From: Mustelus asterias
Taxonomy: Eukaryota
NCBI RefSeq assembly: GCF_964213995.1
Contig: NW_027590159.1
Location: 496,001 to 560,000, forward strand
DNA length: 64,000 nucleotides
Direction of reading: 5' to 3'
Shown: piece by piece, positions 61,951 to 64,000 of the stretch
Numbering within the stretch: position 1 is the stretch's first letter
How the letters are laid out: every line of letters starts with the position of its first letter
Position numbers and translations under genes: made by a program
The notes under the pieces: generated by a model
What the model saw: only the letters and a program-made list of their open reading frames with translations
What the model was told of the DNA's origin: nothing
Databases searched by the model: none

Positions 61951-63454
61951 TAGAGGTTTTAATTGAAGTAGCTCAGGCTCTTTATGATTTGATTATTGGA
62001 AGAAATCAATTTCATTCTAAAATTACGTGGCTTTGACATGAATGTTGCCATAAAATAAAGGGAAAAGCCGATGTGGGAAGATTTATTGCCCCTTTGATAT
62101 TGAGATTGCTCAGGGATATCTTTATTTGACGTTATTCCGTGCATGCTTTCCATGAATCGAGCAGAATCCGTCTACAAATCCATGCTGAGTAACCTGTGTT
62201 CTCGAGATTCGCAAGAACTGGTGAACTGTGTCAAATGACAATTGCTCTCTACTTTTCATGTTTTATGCTAGTGGCTCTTCATATCTATATGTGAAATAAA
62301 TGCACCAGCAAACTCATGCAACGCAATGATCAATCGTTTCAATCCTCATTTTATCAAATAAATGATGGTGGACAAGTGCAGTCAGTAGGCATATGATCTT
62401 GATATTATTATTCTTACAGGGCATGCAACTTGAAATGACCCTTTCTGCGTGTTCGAATTCCAAAATAATACGGTAAAAAGCAGAGCGGATGAATGTTTTC
62501 TCTCCATTACTAATTGGTAGCTGCTTTCATCTCTTGGTCACCTAAACGGCTCTGTATGTTTGACAAGTAAATATTAACAAGAACTGATTCAGGAAATGAA
62601 TCGGGCGCTCCCATGAGAGTCAAGAGACTCTTCTACTACCTCGTCTGCTGTTAGTTCTCCACGCAACATCTTGAGAAATATACAATTTCACCCAGTTTGG
62701 CAAAGTTTCTCCAAAACAAGCCAAATAAGCGACATTGTTTTTTCAGCCGTGTCCGATTCTTTCAATTCTAACCGATACGAAATCTGCACGGATAGATTCA
62801 TATGTGTCGGCCTGTGTGTGTGTTGTGGGAGTTCTGCAGCTATTCGACTGTATTGTATATCACTCATTGCAACTGACCATGTGAGTTCCGGGTCATAAAC
62901 TTTATTCCAGCTGTAGCAAGTTAGTCTGCCAGCCACTGGGGATCGCAGGCATCCCGAAAGAAGAACACAATGCCACAATGCACGTTAGCTGAACTACAAG
63001 AAATTACATTCGACCAACTATACATTTCTTTAAAAATTATTTATGTCCATTTCATCTAACAGTTGGGATTACATAATATGTGACATGTGAGTATAGTTGT
63101 CCAATTGCAATTTAAGCACATTTACTTATTCTAATATCAAGCACGCATTCCATTCTATTTATCCACCAATGTCAGGACGTAAGTATCATAAGTACCAATG
63201 GTTTATCGACTCCCTTACCCATTGTTCCTTGTTTTCTGCGAATGTACACAAGTTTCAGCTGCACAGTGTTCAGTTTGATTCTTGTGTGCATATTATATCA
63301 ATAAATCCTCCCTATAATTGAAACAGCCATTGCCCTTGAATATTATTTGAATATGAGAAACATTTCTTTTTTTCATCAGGAATTGATCTGTCTTTGAAAT
63401 TTTAGCAGCTAGCAGCTTCTTATAAAAAAGCCTGTTTGGTTTTTAACTGTTTCA

Positions 63455-63640
63455 GTGCGTATGTGTGTATTTGTGGCTGTGTGCCTGTGTGTTTATCTCT
63501 ATGTGCCTGTGTGTGCATTTGTCTATGTGGGTTTGTCTGTGCGTTTCTGTGCGTGTTTGGCTGTGTGCTGGTCTGTGTGTTTTTCTGCGTGCTTGCCTGT
63601 GTATTTGTCTATGTGTGTGCCCCTGTGTGTACTTGTGTTT
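63455..63640. repeat. Degenerate (TG)n tract
   Basis: Dinucleotide-rich; spurious Cys/Val ORFs. Confidence 0.8.
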
Positions 63641-64000
63641 CTGACTCACATGTTCGACATATATCAGACTGGATTTCTGTTTCTGTCTGACCGATGGCCG
63701 ATAGGTGAGAGCGAAATGGGACACTAAACGTGCTGGAGTGAAGACTTCAAATAAGCAAATACACTTTAAATATACACGAAAAAATACCAGGACGTTTGGG
63801 CTGGATTTCTGACGGGACTGAGAAAAGAAATAATAGCTGAACAATTGAAAATTGAGAGAAATCTTTTGAACCTTTATTCACATTGTCTCCGTACCGTATT
63901 AAAAAAGAAGAGAAAAACGAAGTATTCCCATTTTGCAGCTCTTGATCTACAATTATACAGGATACAAAGATACAGATAAAACAACTGATTTGGATTCCAA

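Noticed and set aside
62600-62978. Faint CARD-like pattern (TAEKTMSLIWLVLEK..CIFLKML) on the - strand
   Set aside because: Short, interrupted by a stop, and not distinguishable from chance without an HMM search

Overview
Eukaryotic genomic DNA from a shark, judged from the Ig sequence and the HE1/V-SINE, CR1 and Penelope repeats; the species cannot be determined. The first 13.2 kb hold the intact constant region of an IgM heavy-chain minilocus on the + strand: CH1-CH4 with secretory tail, then TM1 and TM2. No V-D-J segments were found, so they presumably lie upstream of the window. A short G-rich AGCT tandem repeat sits just 5' of CH1. Downstream lie several pseudogenes that the ORF track shows poorly or not at all: a C2H2 zinc-finger pseudogene, a 3-exon unprocessed EMC4 pseudogene that keeps its CpG-island promoter (- strand, facing IgM), and a 2-exon GPR139-like GPCR pseudogene split by a Penelope insertion. 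There is also a ~20-kb tandem array of ~1.1-1.2-kb tRNA-Val units (12 tRNA copies; younger units carry a Penelope pLTR/hammerhead-like insert), and a mixed tRNA cluster with one intact Leu-TAG plus degenerate Leu, Thr, Glu, Pro, Lys and Cys copies. CR1, Rex1/Babar and Penelope retroelements, SINEs and CA/CT low-complexity tracts are interspersed. Most ORFs in the track are repeat-derived or spurious. All homology calls come from manual translation and recall, not database searches; repeat boundaries are approximate.
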